Shown one piece after another: positions 20,507-30,688 of a DNA stretch of 64,000 bases. Under the pieces are notes generated by a model. The model worked only from the letters and a program-made list of their open reading frames with translations, had not been told where the DNA came from and did not search any database. Position 1 is the stretch's first letter. Each line of letters opens with the position of its first letter. Both the position numbers and the translations under genes were made by a program. The stretch covers positions 10,747-74,746 of the forward strand of contig JBNKDO010000059.1 of assembly GCA_050288305.1 (NCBI GenBank). The letters run 5' to 3'. Source of the DNA: Desulfocapsaceae bacterium (GTDB taxonomy: Bacteria; Desulfobacterota; Desulfobulbia; Desulfobulbales; Desulfocapsaceae).

Positions 20507-23500
20507 ATGACACCTGACCCAGATCCACTGCAAAAGTACGCAACTCTCAACCCCTTTGAGCAAAAATTCCTCCAATTTCTCTCCGTTCTATATGAACCAG
20601 CTCATACAACACTGATAGTAAATTGCATGAGGAAGCTGGATTTACGTGGTCCAAGGGCCAGTAAACCCACAATTTCCAACCTCAATCACTATATAGCAAA
20701 ATTTCAGAAGCTTGGTCTGGTCAATAAAAATCAGCAATGTGTTCCGGAAATTGTCGAATCCTTGAGCAAAATTGCCATCAAGGAACAACAATTTGCAGCT
20801 TTTGCCAAAGTCATTCAAGCAGAAGCCCCGGTTTCCTATTATTATGGCAAGTGGTCAACTCGCTGCTGGCGGGCAATGCGGGAAATCCGGATCGGTATTT
20901 ATACTCAGCAGTTTGACTTACTAGACGAGGCCACGGAATTTCTCGAACAGCAGTGCCGCGAAATATCAGAAACCCCACCACCTGCTGTCCAGGTGACCAC
21001 GCAACCTTTTTCACCTGAATGGTTCCGTTCCCTGCCGGTTTCATTTCAGTTCTATCTTGTTGACAATGTCATCCGCTATGCTCAGGCCAATCTTCTTGAT
21101 TATCCTGAAATTACCGAGTTCATCAAGAATAAGGAAGAGTTTGCGGGATTCAGCTCTGACGAAATGCTCCCTTTTAACCGGCTTCTTTTTAATCAATTGA
21201 TTTACCAAGGCAGAATAGCTGAAGCAAAGGCTCTGGTCTCGGATTATGAAGAGGCTTTCTCAGGCACCGGTGCTTTGGGAACCATTCTTTTTCTACAGGG
21301 AGAACTTGATACCGCCATCGACGCTTTTAATAAAGATATTGAGGTCCTGAAATCCTTCAGCAGTGACGACAATGTAGCTTTTTTTGGCCTTACCGGTATT
21401 TTTCATATCTTTGCACTTCTACAATATAGTGAAAGTAATGATTATGACGGTATCGCTGATCGCATCAGCATCGCCATCACTAACTTTTCCAACACCATCG
21501 AAGTCGAAGCCTACAACCTGCTCGCCATTGTTATCAGCAGCCAACGCACTAAAAATGGTGCCCAGGAATCACTTAATCTTAAAAATGACCAAGTCCACCA
21601 TAGTCTGACCCTGCTCACTGCCGGTCTCTGTCAATATTGGCTCAACAGTTCCCTGCAGTCGGAACTGGAAAAACTGCTAAAACAACAACTCAAACAAGCT
21701 CGAAAAAACGGCTATAACCTCATTGCTCTTGGGTTTGCAGAAATTCTTGAAAAAATCAGTCACGATAAAGCCGAGTTCAGAGACCTTCTTGGTGATATTC
21801 GCCAGGAAACGGATATCATCTCCCTGGTATCGATTCTCGAACCTGAAGAGCCATGGAAGCGAAGTCTTCAGGCCCTTATTAATGCCACGGTGGAACATGG
21901 TGATGGAGTTCGTCAGCAGGACACCAGGCTCACCTGGATGGTCGACTACAAAAAGGGCAAAATGAGCGTGCATCCACGGGAACAAAAACTGACTCCTTCC
22001 GGTGAATGGAGTAAGGGCAAACCGCTGTCCCTTGCCAGACTGTATGATTCCGAAAAACTTCCTTACCTCACCATGCAGGATCGCAAGCTCTGCCGGGCCA
22101 TAGTGCGAACACATAATCCGGAGACTCACAGCACCTCCTTCTCTTTTAATATGGAAAAACTGCTGAGCAATATGGTCAACCATCCCCTGTTGTTTGTCGC
22201 CAAGTCACCAAGCACTCCTGTTGAGTTCATTTCCGGAGAACCTGAACTCCTGGTGGAAGAACTGGGAGATCAGCTCCATATACGCTTTGCTCAGTCAATA
22301 ACCAATGGAAATATTAGCGTATTCCAGGAAACACCAACTCGATTCAAAATTATCAAGATAGAAGAAAATCATCGAAGGATTGCTCAAATAACCGGTAGAG
22401 ATGGTTTAATTGTCCCCAAGGAAGCCAGTGAACATGTTCTCACTGCGATAGGTAATATCAGCTCCTTTATGACGGTCCACTCCGCCATTGCCGTCGATCA
22501 GAATTCAAGAAATAAGGCCAATATTACCTTTGTAGAATCAGACCCCACCATATATATGCACCTGCTCCCCTATGGTGAGGGGTTTCGCCTGGAGATGTTC
22601 GTAAAGCCTTTTGCCGAGGGTGGGCATTATCTCAAACCTGGCCAGGGAGTAGAAAACTTCATGGCAGAGGTCAACGGTAAACGGTTGCAGACAAAAAGGA
22701 ACCTTGCTCTTGAAGAGGAACGGGCCCGAGATGTTGAAGAGCTCTGCCCCATTCTTGATCTTGCCATCGATATGGAACAGGAGAATGATCGCGAATGGCA
22801 CTTGCATGACCCCGATGACTGCCTGCAGGCACTTATGGAATTGCAGGCAATCCAGGATCAAGTGGTAGTGGAATGGCCGGAAGGAGAAAAACTGAGTGTA
22901 ACCCACCAGGCCTCCTTTAAAAATATGAACCTCAAAATACGGACCAACAGACAGAACTGGTTTTCCATGAGCGGTCAATTAACGCTGGACCAGGATACTG
23001 TTATTGAACTCAAGGATCTCCTCGCCAAACTCAAACAATCCTCCGGAAGATTTATACAACTTGAAGACGGCCAGTTTCTCGCCCTCTCCCAGGAGTTCAG
23101 GAAACGTCTGGAAGACCTCAATATTTACTCCGCGGAAAGCGACAAAGACGATGGCAATGAAATTCAAGTGCATCCTCTCGCCGCCCTGCCCCTCGAAGAA
23201 CTGGCCAAGAAGGCAGAGACGGTAACAGACAGCGGCTGGCGGCAACAGTTAGACAGAATCAGTGAGGCGCAGTCGTTTGTTCCACTGGTCCCTTCAACCT
23301 TGCAGGCTGATCTGCGTGACTATCAGGTTGAAGGTTTTAACTGGCTGGCACGACTGGCCCACATGGGAGTAGGAGGTTGTCTTGCCGATGATATGGGACT
23401 TGGCAAGACATTGCAGTCTCTGGCCGTAATTCTGTTAAACGCCTCTGAAGGGCCTGTGCTTGTTGTCGCCCCGACCTCTGTTTCAACAAATTGGCAAACT

Positions 23501-24679
23501 GAGATTCATCGCTTTACCCCTACGCTTAATATGAAAGTGCTCCCCACCAAACACAGAGCAAAAGCGATTCGCAACCTTGGCAGCTTTGACGTGCTTATTA
23601 CCACGTATACCCTGCTACAGCAGGAGGAGAAACTCCTCTCTCAAGTAAAATGGCAGACTGTCATTCTCGACGAAGCCCAGGCTATTAAAAACGCGGCAAC
23701 AAAACGATCAAAAGCGGCAATGTCCCTGAACTCTAAATTCAAGCTCATCACCACTGGCACCCCCATAGAAAACCACCTTGGTGAGTTGTGGAATCTTTTT
23801 AATTTTATCAACCCTGGCCTGTTGGGTTCCATCAATAGCTTTAATGAACGATTCGCCATACCCATCGAACGCTTCCAGGACCGAGAGGCCAAGTTTAAGC
23901 TTAAAAAGCTGATTAGACCATTTATCCTGAGACGTATAAAGTCACAGGTGCTTGAAGAGCTGCCCCCCCGTACGGATGTCACATTGGAAGTGGAAATGAG
24001 TAAAGAGGAAGCTCATTTTTACGAAGCCCTCAGGCAGAATGCTCTTGATATTCTGGAAAGCAACAGAGAAAAGAAAGGACGCCACCTCCAGATACTCACT
24101 GAGATCATGAAGCTTCGTCAGGCCTGTTGCAACCCAAAACTGATCAGTCCCCAAACCAATATCGACAGTTCAAAACTACGCGTCTTTGCTGCTGTGATTG
24201 ATGATCTTATCGGTGGACGTCATAAGGCGCTGGTCTTTTCCCAGTTTATAGGCCATCTTACCATAATTCGCGAATACCTTGATAGTCAGGGAATCTCCTA
24301 TCAGTATATGGATGGCAGCACACCTTCAAAGGACAGGAAAAAAAGGGTAGACGATTTCCAGGCCGGCCAGGGCGATCTTTTTCTCATCAGCTTGAAAGCC
24401 GGTGGGCTCGGACTCAACTTGACTGCTGCCGATTATGTTATCCATATGGACCCCTGGTGGAATCCCGCCATCGAGGACCAGGCATCCGACCGAGCTCATC
24501 GTATCGGCCAGACACGTCCCGTCACCATCTATCGCCTGGTCTGCAAAAACTCCATTGAAGAAAAAATTGTCAAACTTCATCAGGAAAAACGAGACCTTGC
24601 CGGAAGCCTCCTGGAAGGCAGCGATATCAGCGCCAAGATGAGTTCAGACGATCTGATAGATCTTATTCGAAAAGGATAA
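20507..24679 (+). CDS. SNF2-family helicase/ATPase with an N-terminal region of about 900 aa
   Basis: LADDMGLGKT (motif I), DEAQAIKN (motif II), a C-terminal helicase lobe (GGLGLNLTAADYVIHMDPWWNP..QASDRAHRIGQ) and a preceding SNF2-associated-like segment (RFIQLEDGQFLAL). Confidence 0.9.
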   Translation: MTPDPDPLQKYATLNPFEQKFLQFLSVLYEPAHTTLIVNCMRKLDLRGPRASKPTISNLNHYIAKFQKLGLVNKNQQCVPEIVESLSKIAIKEQQFAAFAKVIQAEAPVSYYYGKWSTRCWRAMREIRIGIYTQQFDLLDEATEFLEQQCREISETPPPAVQVTTQPFSPEWFRSLPVSFQFYLVDNVIRYAQANLLDYPEITEFIKNKEEFAGFSSDEMLPFNRLLFNQLIYQGRIAEAKALVSDYEEAFSGTGALGTILFLQGELDTAIDAFNKDIEVLKSFSSDDNVAFFGLTGIFHIFALLQYSESNDYDGIADRISIAITNFSNTIEVEAYNLLAIVISSQRTKNGAQESLNLKNDQVHHSLTLLTAGLCQYWLNSSLQSELEKLLKQQLKQARKNGYNLIALGFAEILEKISHDKAEFRDLLGDIRQETDIISLVSILEPEEPWKRSLQALINATVEHGDGVRQQDTRLTWMVDYKKGKMSVHPREQKLTPSGEWSKGKPLSLARLYDSEKLPYLTMQDRKLCRAIVRTHNPETHSTSFSFNMEKLLSNMVNHPLLFVAKSPSTPVEFISGEPELLVEELGDQLHIRFAQSITNGNISVFQETPTRFKIIKIEENHRRIAQITGRDGLIVPKEASEHVLTAIGNISSFMTVHSAIAVDQNSRNKANITFVESDPTIYMHLLPYGEGFRLEMFVKPFAEGGHYLKPGQGVENFMAEVNGKRLQTKRNLALEEERARDVEELCPILDLAIDMEQENDREWHLHDPDDCLQALMELQAIQDQVVVEWPEGEKLSVTHQASFKNMNLKIRTNRQNWFSMSGQLTLDQDTVIELKDLLAKLKQSSGRFIQLEDGQFLALSQEFRKRLEDLNIYSAESDKDDGNEIQVHPLAALPLEELAKKAETVTDSGWRQQLDRISEAQSFVPLVPSTLQADLRDYQVEGFNWLARLAHMGVGGCLADDMGLGKTLQSLAVILLNASEGPVLVVAPTSVSTNWQTEIHRFTPTLNMKVLPTKHRAKAIRNLGSFDVLITTYTLLQQEEKLLSQVKWQTVILDEAQAIKNAATKRSKAAMSLNSKFKLITTGTPIENHLGELWNLFNFINPGLLGSINSFNERFAIPIERFQDREAKFKLKKLIRPFILRRIKSQVLEELPPRTDVTLEVEMSKEEAHFYEALRQNALDILESNREKKGRHLQILTEIMKLRQACCNPKLISPQTNIDSSKLRVFAAVIDDLIGGRHKALVFSQFIGHLTIIREYLDSQGISYQYMDGSTPSKDRKKRVDDFQAGQGDLFLISLKAGGLGLNLTAADYVIHMDPWWNPAIEDQASDRAHRIGQTRPVTIYRLVCKNSIEEKIVKLHQEKRDLAGSLLEGSDISAKMSSDDLIDLIRKG

Positions 24680-24685
24680 AAAAGG

Positions 24686-25069
24686 TCAGGATGAAAGGTT
24701 TTTGCTGATCAGTCCGTAAAAGCCCAAATCACCGGAACTGAAATACCAGCCCATGTGCACTGCACATGAAGAGCAGAGACACAAACGCCATGAATACCCT
24801 GAAAACCAGGCAAATTCATCGGAAAAAGGGCCGTGCTGAAGACACCCGTCGGCTGAACTGAAACAGCGAATTTCATAAATAATTCCGGCAGGGTTAAAAA
24901 AAGTATGATGATGACCGTCATTGACCTCAATGGCAGAGGCCACCACAGTTATGCGGTTACTGCAAAATTTGCATAACAGTGCTCTCTCCGCTTCCTCTTC
25001 GCTATGCTCAATAGTCTCAGAGTCGGTAGTTGATTTGTAGTCTTCTCTGAACGAATAGATCACTCCCAT
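24686..25069 (-). CDS. Bacterial CULT-domain (cereblon-like) protein
   Basis: CKFC...CSSC zinc pairs, FFNPAGIIYEIRCF, and three Trp in EFAWFSGYSW...HMGW. As I recall it, this closely resembles the Magnetospirillum cereblon isoform. Confidence 0.8.
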   Translation of the reverse strand: MGVIYSFREDYKSTTDSETIEHSEEEAERALLCKFCSNRITVVASAIEVNDGHHHTFFNPAGIIYEIRCFSSADGCLQHGPFSDEFAWFSGYSWRLCLCSSCAVHMGWYFSSGDLGFYGLISKNLSS

Positions 25070-25122
25070 TTTTCACAGAGTCTTTGTCAGAAGATTTTAC
25101 AAAGTTGACTGCTTGATTTCGG

Positions 25123-26688
25123 TCAGGCGTCTGTTTCAGGAGTCTTATAGTATTCAACAATCGCATTGACCATGGCTTCGATAGTGTGTTCTTCAGGCTG
25201 AACGTCGACCTTTAAACCATTATCGGTAACAGTCTTTGCTGTAATTGGTCCAATGGCCGCTATTTTGACACCGTCGAGCAGTTCAATGGGTGTTTTTTCG
25301 TTTTCACCACCCATAAAGGTCAGGAAATTTCTTACCGTCGATGAACTTGTAAAGGTTACCATATCCACTCCGGCCTCAAGTTCCCCTCTGAGCTCATCTG
25401 TACTTTTCTCCGGCAGCACATTTTTATAAACAGGAGCAATGCTGACCTGAGCTCCTGCCCCCCGAAGCGTTTCCGGCAGAATCTCTCTGCCTTTTTCAGC
25501 CCTTGGAATCAAGATGTTTCGTCCTTCAACACCTAGATCAAGCAAATTTTCGGCCAGGCCTTCACTGGTAAACTCATCGGGTATAAGATCAGCTTTAATG
25601 CCATAGCTCATTAATAAATCGGCAGTACTCTTTCCCACTGCTGCAATCTGTGGTCCCTTCAGATCTCTGGCGTCAAGGCCTTTTTCAAACAGGCGTTTGA
25701 AAAAATATGTAACACCGTTAAGTGAAGAAAAGAGAATCCAGTGATATTCGTTAAGTCGTTCCAGTTCTGCGTCCAGAACCGTATAGGAATCAACCGGTTG
25801 AATATCAATGGTTGCGCATTCAAAACAATTTGCACCACTTTCCTCAAGCGCAGCGACAAGCTCGCTGGCCCGTTCCCTCGTTCTTGTAACGACAATCCGT
25901 TTACCAAAAAGCGGGCGCTTTTCAAACCAGTCAAGAGTGTCACGCAGTTTGACTACTTCACCTATAATAATAAGAGAAGGTGGTTTAATTCCTGACTCAA
26001 CAACCACATCCTTAATGGTTTCCAGGGTGCCGACCACTGTCCGCTGCTCGGGAGTCGAAGCCCAGCGAACTACCGCAACCGGAGTGTCTGGAGCACGTCC
26101 GTGACGAATCAGATTTTCGACAATAATTGGCAGGTTTTTAATGCCCATGTACACAACTATTGTGCCCGCTCCGGTAGCAAGTTTGTCCCAATCTATATTT
26201 GAATCTTTTTTCGAAGGATCTTCATGGCCGGTAAGAAAAGCAACTGAAGCCGTATAGTTGCGATGCGTGATAGGAATGCCTGCATAGGTGGCAGCGGCAG
26301 TTGCCGAGGTAACGCCGGAGACGACTTCGAAGGGAACACCGGCTGCAAAAAGCCTCTCCAGTTCCTCCCCACCTCGACCAAAAATAAAGGGATCACCTCC
26401 TTTAAGCCGAACAACTGTCCTACCAGCAAGGGCATGATCCACCAATAACTGATTGATCTCATCCTGAGTATGCTTATGCTCGCCGTGGCCTCTTTTTCCT
26501 GCATAGATAAACGTCGCATCCTTGGGGACATGCCTGAGCAGCTTGGGATTTGCCAGATAGTCGTAGACAACGACCTCGGCTTTCTCAAGAAGATATTTTC
26601 CCCTGACGGTAATGAGTCCCGGATCCCCCGGGCCAGCTCCCACCAGGTATACTTTCCCACATTTGACCTGCTTTTTTTGTTCTTCCAT
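25123..26688 (-). CDS. cobA-hemD: Uroporphyrinogen-III C-methyltransferase / uroporphyrinogen-III synthase fusion
   Basis: N-terminal [18 protein letters not shown]...[13 protein letters not shown] (SUMT) and a C-terminal HemD-like half. 521 aa. Confidence 0.9.
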   Translation of the reverse strand: MEEQKKQVKCGKVYLVGAGPGDPGLITVRGKYLLEKAEVVVYDYLANPKLLRHVPKDATFIYAGKRGHGEHKHTQDEINQLLVDHALAGRTVVRLKGGDPFIFGRGGEELERLFAAGVPFEVVSGVTSATAAATYAGIPITHRNYTASVAFLTGHEDPSKKDSNIDWDKLATGAGTIVVYMGIKNLPIIVENLIRHGRAPDTPVAVVRWASTPEQRTVVGTLETIKDVVVESGIKPPSLIIIGEVVKLRDTLDWFEKRPLFGKRIVVTRTRERASELVAALEESGANCFECATIDIQPVDSYTVLDAELERLNEYHWILFSSLNGVTYFFKRLFEKGLDARDLKGPQIAAVGKSTADLLMSYGIKADLIPDEFTSEGLAENLLDLGVEGRNILIPRAEKGREILPETLRGAGAQVSIAPVYKNVLPEKSTDELRGELEAGVDMVTFTSSSTVRNFLTFMGGENEKTPIELLDGVKIAAIGPITAKTVTDNGLKVDVQPEEHTIEAMVNAIVEYYKTPETDA

Positions 26689-26883
26689 GATTAGTGATCA
26701 ACACTCAAAGTATTGGTTGTATGCACCTAAAGGTGGACATCGGAACGACATTCCCGACAAAAGAGTCGTCTGTCTCCAGTAACTGAAGAGGCCAGAACAG
26801 ATGGAAGTAACCAACATATTCTGGCCCGAAATTGTCCGTTTCATAGTATTGGCGACATATTAAGATATCCTGGAGCAAAAGGC

Positions 26884-26925
26884 AAAAAAAAAGGGTGCTT
26901 CCGCTTTTCGGCGGAGACACCCTTT
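26884..26925 (-). terminator. Rho-independent terminator of adk
   Basis: The minus strand reads agggtgtctccgcc-gaaaa-gcggaagcaccct followed by TTTTTTTTT, 26 nt after the adk stop. Confidence 0.65.
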
Positions 26926-26950
26926 GTCTTTCTATCGTAACAATAGAAGC

Positions 26951-27631
26951 TTACAGCTCTGCCATGATTGAGTCGGTTACTTCGCCAATGGATTTAGAGC
27001 CATCAACGGAGATAACCTTTGGACCGCCGGCATTCTTGAAATAATTTACTGCCGCCATGGTTCCAGTGGTTTCGTCATAATAAATACCATGTCGTTTATC
27101 GATGGCATCTTCATCCTGGTCGTCTGCACGGGTGTTGAGATCACCACCGCAGACACGACAAACCAGCTTACCATCTTTTTCCACCGGCTTGATAGCTTCG
27201 AAGGCGATGTGATTGGGATGATTATTATCGTTAACGCAGAGACGCCTTCCCATAATACGCTCTTTGGCAATGGCTCTGTCAAGTACGATCTCAATAACAT
27301 AATCAAGAGCAAGTCCTTCTTTCTCAAGAGTTTGAGCAAGAGTTACCGCCTGGTCTTTTGAACGTGGGAAACCGTCAAGAATCCAACCGGCTTTGCAGTC
27401 GTCTTTCTGAAGACGGGCAATCATCATGGGAATGGTAATATCGTCTGGTACCAGATCACCGCGGTCAATATACTCTTTGGCCTTCTTGCCAAGCTCGGTA
27501 CCGCCGCCAATGTGCTCTCTGAAAATCGCTCCGGATTCGATATGAGGAATGTCATATTTCTTCTGGACGATTGCGCCTTGTGTTCCCTTGCCACTGCCAT
27601 TCGGTCCGAATACCAGAATATTTTTACCCAT
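26951..27631 (-). CDS. adk: Adenylate kinase (long form with metal-binding lid)
   Basis: GPNGSGKGTQ P-loop. The lid has C132-X5-H138-X19-C158-X2-C161. Confidence 0.9.
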   Translation of the reverse strand: MGKNILVFGPNGSGKGTQGAIVQKKYDIPHIESGAIFREHIGGGTELGKKAKEYIDRGDLVPDDITIPMMIARLQKDDCKAGWILDGFPRSKDQAVTLAQTLEKEGLALDYVIEIVLDRAIAKERIMGRRLCVNDNNHPNHIAFEAIKPVEKDGKLVCRVCGGDLNTRADDQDEDAIDKRHGIYYDETTGTMAAVNYFKNAGGPKVISVDGSKSIGEVTDSIMAEL

Positions 27632-28137
27632 TACTTTCTCCTTTTCTATGAAATATGTAAGCAGTCTGCTCTTTTCAATCCGGTCTCAAAATTGTTCCTT
27701 TAACGCTCGTAATATAAGACGTACAAAGAAGGCTTCTCACTCTCCAGACGGGCTGAAATCAGACTGCACCAAAACAAAGAATACGTGGTTTCAGCAAAGA
27801 CACACTCCTCTGTCGCATCCCTTGAAACACAACGTTGACCATCAAATGTATAGTGCAAAACAGGGGGAGATTATATACTACTTTCGCCACCCTGGCCAGC
27901 AAAATATCTCGCCTATTATTTTGACATTACACCGCAAAGCGGGTAGGTTTGCATACTGGAATATAATGCTCGACTGAGCGTAGAACCATGACACACGACA
28001 AACCAGAACAACATACTGAACCTACAGTATTAATGGCTCATCCCTGAAATACTGTCTAGGCTCATTGGAACAGAAACTACATTGGATACTTCACATACCT
28101 TCCATTACCTCCATTTCAATCTTTGATACCGAACATT

Positions 28138-29454
28138 ATGAGAGAGATTAACATAGGCCTTATCGGCTTTGGCACTGTGGGCAAAGGTCTGGCACAGACT
28201 TTATTCGAACAGAAACAGCGATTGACGGAACGCACCGGAGCAACATTTACCCTCAAAAGAATTGCAGATATCAACCTTGACGGACTTCCTGAAGAGTTCC
28301 AGTCTGTAACTTTCTCAAAGAGTGCAGATGACATCTTCAATGATCCGCAGATTGATATTGTCATCGAACTCATTGGCGGCATCGAACCGGCGAAAACATT
28401 TTTGCTCACAGCCATCAACAAAGGCAAGCACGTCGTCACCGCCAATAAAGCACTGCTTTCAAACCACGCTGATGAAATCTTTTCAGCAGCCGCAGCCAAC
28501 AACGTCGAAGTTGGCTTTGAAGCAAGCGTAGGCGGCGGAATGCCCGTCATCAAAGCCCTGAAGGAAGGACTGGTAGCCAATGAAATTCTCTCTATCAGAG
28601 GAATTATGAATGGCACCGCCAACTATATTCTCACCCAGATGACCGAGTATGGATATTTATTTGACGATGTGCTCAAAGATGCCCAGGAAAAGGGTTTTGC
28701 CGAAGCCGATCCAACCTACGACATCGAAGGCATCGATACCGCTCATAAGCTCGCCATCCTCATGACACTGGCCTACGGCAAACATGTTCATGTTAACGAT
28801 GTGACCACCGAAGGCATCAGCAAAATTCACCCCATTGATATCGAGTTTGCACGGGAGTTTGGCTGCCGCATCAAACTCCTTGCCATCAGCCACAACCACG
28901 GCGACCATATAGAGGCCCGGGTACATCCAACCATGGTGCCCGAGACACATATGCTGGCAAATATTCATGGTGCCTTCAATGCCATTAACTTCACCGGTGA
29001 CACCGTAGGCGATGTTCTAATTTACGGTCAGGGTGCGGGCATGATGCCTACGGGAAGTGCCGTGGCCGCTGATGTTGTCGATATTGGCAGAAACATTCTC
29101 TCAGGTTCAATAAACCGGGTTCCGCAGCTTTCCTATCTGCCCGATAACATATCGACACCGAATATTACCCCAATGGGTGAGCTGCAGTGCCCTTACTACT
29201 TCCGCATAACTGTCGTTGATGAGCCAGGTGTACTTGCCAAAATTACCAGCGTTTTTGCCAAACATGAGATTTCCATCAAATCAATGATCCAGAAGAGCAG
29301 GAGCAAGGGTGAGGCCGTGTTTGTGGTTCTACGCTCACATATGGCCAAGGAAAGCGCTGTCCAGGAGGCTATTTCCGAAATTGACGCGCTTACTGTCTGC
29401 ACTGATCAAACGGTTACAATCAGAGTACTCATCGAAGAGAACAACAGGGCCTGA
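28138..29454 (+). CDS. hom: Homoserine dehydrogenase
   Basis: INIGLIGFGTVG Rossmann motif, central catalytic domain and a C-terminal ACT domain. The start is the ATG at 28138; the TTG at 28123 is also possible. Confidence 0.9.
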   Translation: MREINIGLIGFGTVGKGLAQTLFEQKQRLTERTGATFTLKRIADINLDGLPEEFQSVTFSKSADDIFNDPQIDIVIELIGGIEPAKTFLLTAINKGKHVVTANKALLSNHADEIFSAAAANNVEVGFEASVGGGMPVIKALKEGLVANEILSIRGIMNGTANYILTQMTEYGYLFDDVLKDAQEKGFAEADPTYDIEGIDTAHKLAILMTLAYGKHVHVNDVTTEGISKIHPIDIEFAREFGCRIKLLAISHNHGDHIEARVHPTMVPETHMLANIHGAFNAINFTGDTVGDVLIYGQGAGMMPTGSAVAADVVDIGRNILSGSINRVPQLSYLPDNISTPNITPMGELQCPYYFRITVVDEPGVLAKITSVFAKHEISIKSMIQKSRSKGEAVFVVLRSHMAKESAVQEAISEIDALTVCTDQTVTIRVLIEENNRA

Positions 29455-29470
29455 TACTGCGGAGAATATC

Positions 29471-30688
29471 ATGAAATATCTGATTCTGGTGGGGGACGGC
29501 ATGGGGGATTATCCGCTGCCCGAACTTGGCGATAAAACTCCGCTTGAGGCCGCCCATACTCCGGCAATGGATGAACTCTGCGCCCGGGGGGAACTGTTTC
29601 TCACCAATACCATTCCTCAGGGATATGCCCCTGGAAGCGATGTGGCCAATCTTTCGTTGATGGGCTATGACCCCGAGAAATATTATACCGGCCGATCACC
29701 TCTTGAAGCTGCAAGTATGGGAATTTCCCTGGCACCCGACGAAACGGCCTTTCGTTGTAATCTGGTCACCCTTGATCATTCTTCTGCCAAAAAAATCGTG
29801 ATGATCGATTTCACAGCCGACCATATCTCTTCAGAGGAAGCGGCAGCATTGATGAACGATCTTGAGAAAGAATGCGGCAACGACAGGTTCCATTTTTTTG
29901 CCGGAGTAAGCTATCGCCATCTCCTCAAGGTGAAAGGCCCCCTGCCAGAAATGCAGACCGTGCCGCCACATGACTATCTGGACCAGGACATCAGTAGATT
30001 TCGCAACGACTATTTTCAAGATACCGCCTGGTCAGAGCTGATCCTTAAGGCTGAGAAACTGCTGGCCAATCATCCGGTAAATACAAGGCGTGTCAGTTCC
30101 GGAAAACTGCCTGCTAATGCCATCTGGCCATGGGGCGAAGGCAAGATGCCAACCATGCCTTCACTGGGCGAACGCTTCGGTATCAGCGGCAGTATGATCT
30201 CCGCAGTCGATCTTCTCAAGGGAATTGGAGTATATGCGGGTCTTAGTATTATCAATGTCCCGGGAGCCACCGGCTACATTGATACCAATTACCTGGGTAA
30301 AGCCCAGGCAGCTCTCCAGGCTCTTGAACAACAGGACTTGGTCTTTGTCCACCTGGAGGCTCCGGATGAGTCAGGTCACCAGGGTTCAGTGGCTAAAAAG
30401 ATCAAGGCAATTGAGGATTTTGATGAAAAAATCGTACGTTATATAACCGCCGATCTCCTCTCCCAAAAAGTGGATTTTCGGGCAGTGGTCACCATGGATC
30501 ACTTCACCCCCATTTCACTACGCACCCATACCTCAGATCCGGTTCCCACACTGATCTATGATTCGACAAATCAGCAAAACGGTTCGAATCTTCCTTTCTC
30601 GGAGAAATCAACACAGAACAACGGGATAGGCGTCTTGCAAAATGGGTACACGTTGATCAACAAACTCCTCCAACGAGAAGAACACTAG
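29471..30688 (+). CDS. Cofactor-independent phosphoglycerate-mutase-like protein (ApgM family); candidate homoserine kinase
   Basis: GGAG Shine-Dalgarno sequence then MKYLILVGDGMGDYPLPELGDKTPLEAAHTPAMD..., plus HLEAPDESGH. The gene starts 17 nt after hom. Confidence 0.85.
   Translation: MKYLILVGDGMGDYPLPELGDKTPLEAAHTPAMDELCARGELFLTNTIPQGYAPGSDVANLSLMGYDPEKYYTGRSPLEAASMGISLAPDETAFRCNLVTLDHSSAKKIVMIDFTADHISSEEAAALMNDLEKECGNDRFHFFAGVSYRHLLKVKGPLPEMQTVPPHDYLDQDISRFRNDYFQDTAWSELILKAEKLLANHPVNTRRVSSGKLPANAIWPWGEGKMPTMPSLGERFGISGSMISAVDLLKGIGVYAGLSIINVPGATGYIDTNYLGKAQAALQALEQQDLVFVHLEAPDESGHQGSVAKKIKAIEDFDEKIVRYITADLLSQKVDFRAVVTMDHFTPISLRTHTSDPVPTLIYDSTNQQNGSNLPFSEKSTQNNGIGVLQNGYTLINKLLQREEH

Noticed and set aside
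26689-26883. Possible cobalamin or other riboswitch in the leader of cobA-hemD; also the 71-aa ORF at 26705-26920
   Set aside because: Reading the minus strand, I found only generic hairpins (ggccagaa...ttctggcc, cgggaatgtcgttccg). There is no B12-box or GCCACTG-type conserved core. The ORF overlaps the adk terminator and has no Shine-Dalgarno sequence.
28116-28622. 168-aa minus-strand ORF
   Set aside because: It is antisense within homoserine dehydrogenase, whose Rossmann motif and ACT domain are clear on the plus strand.
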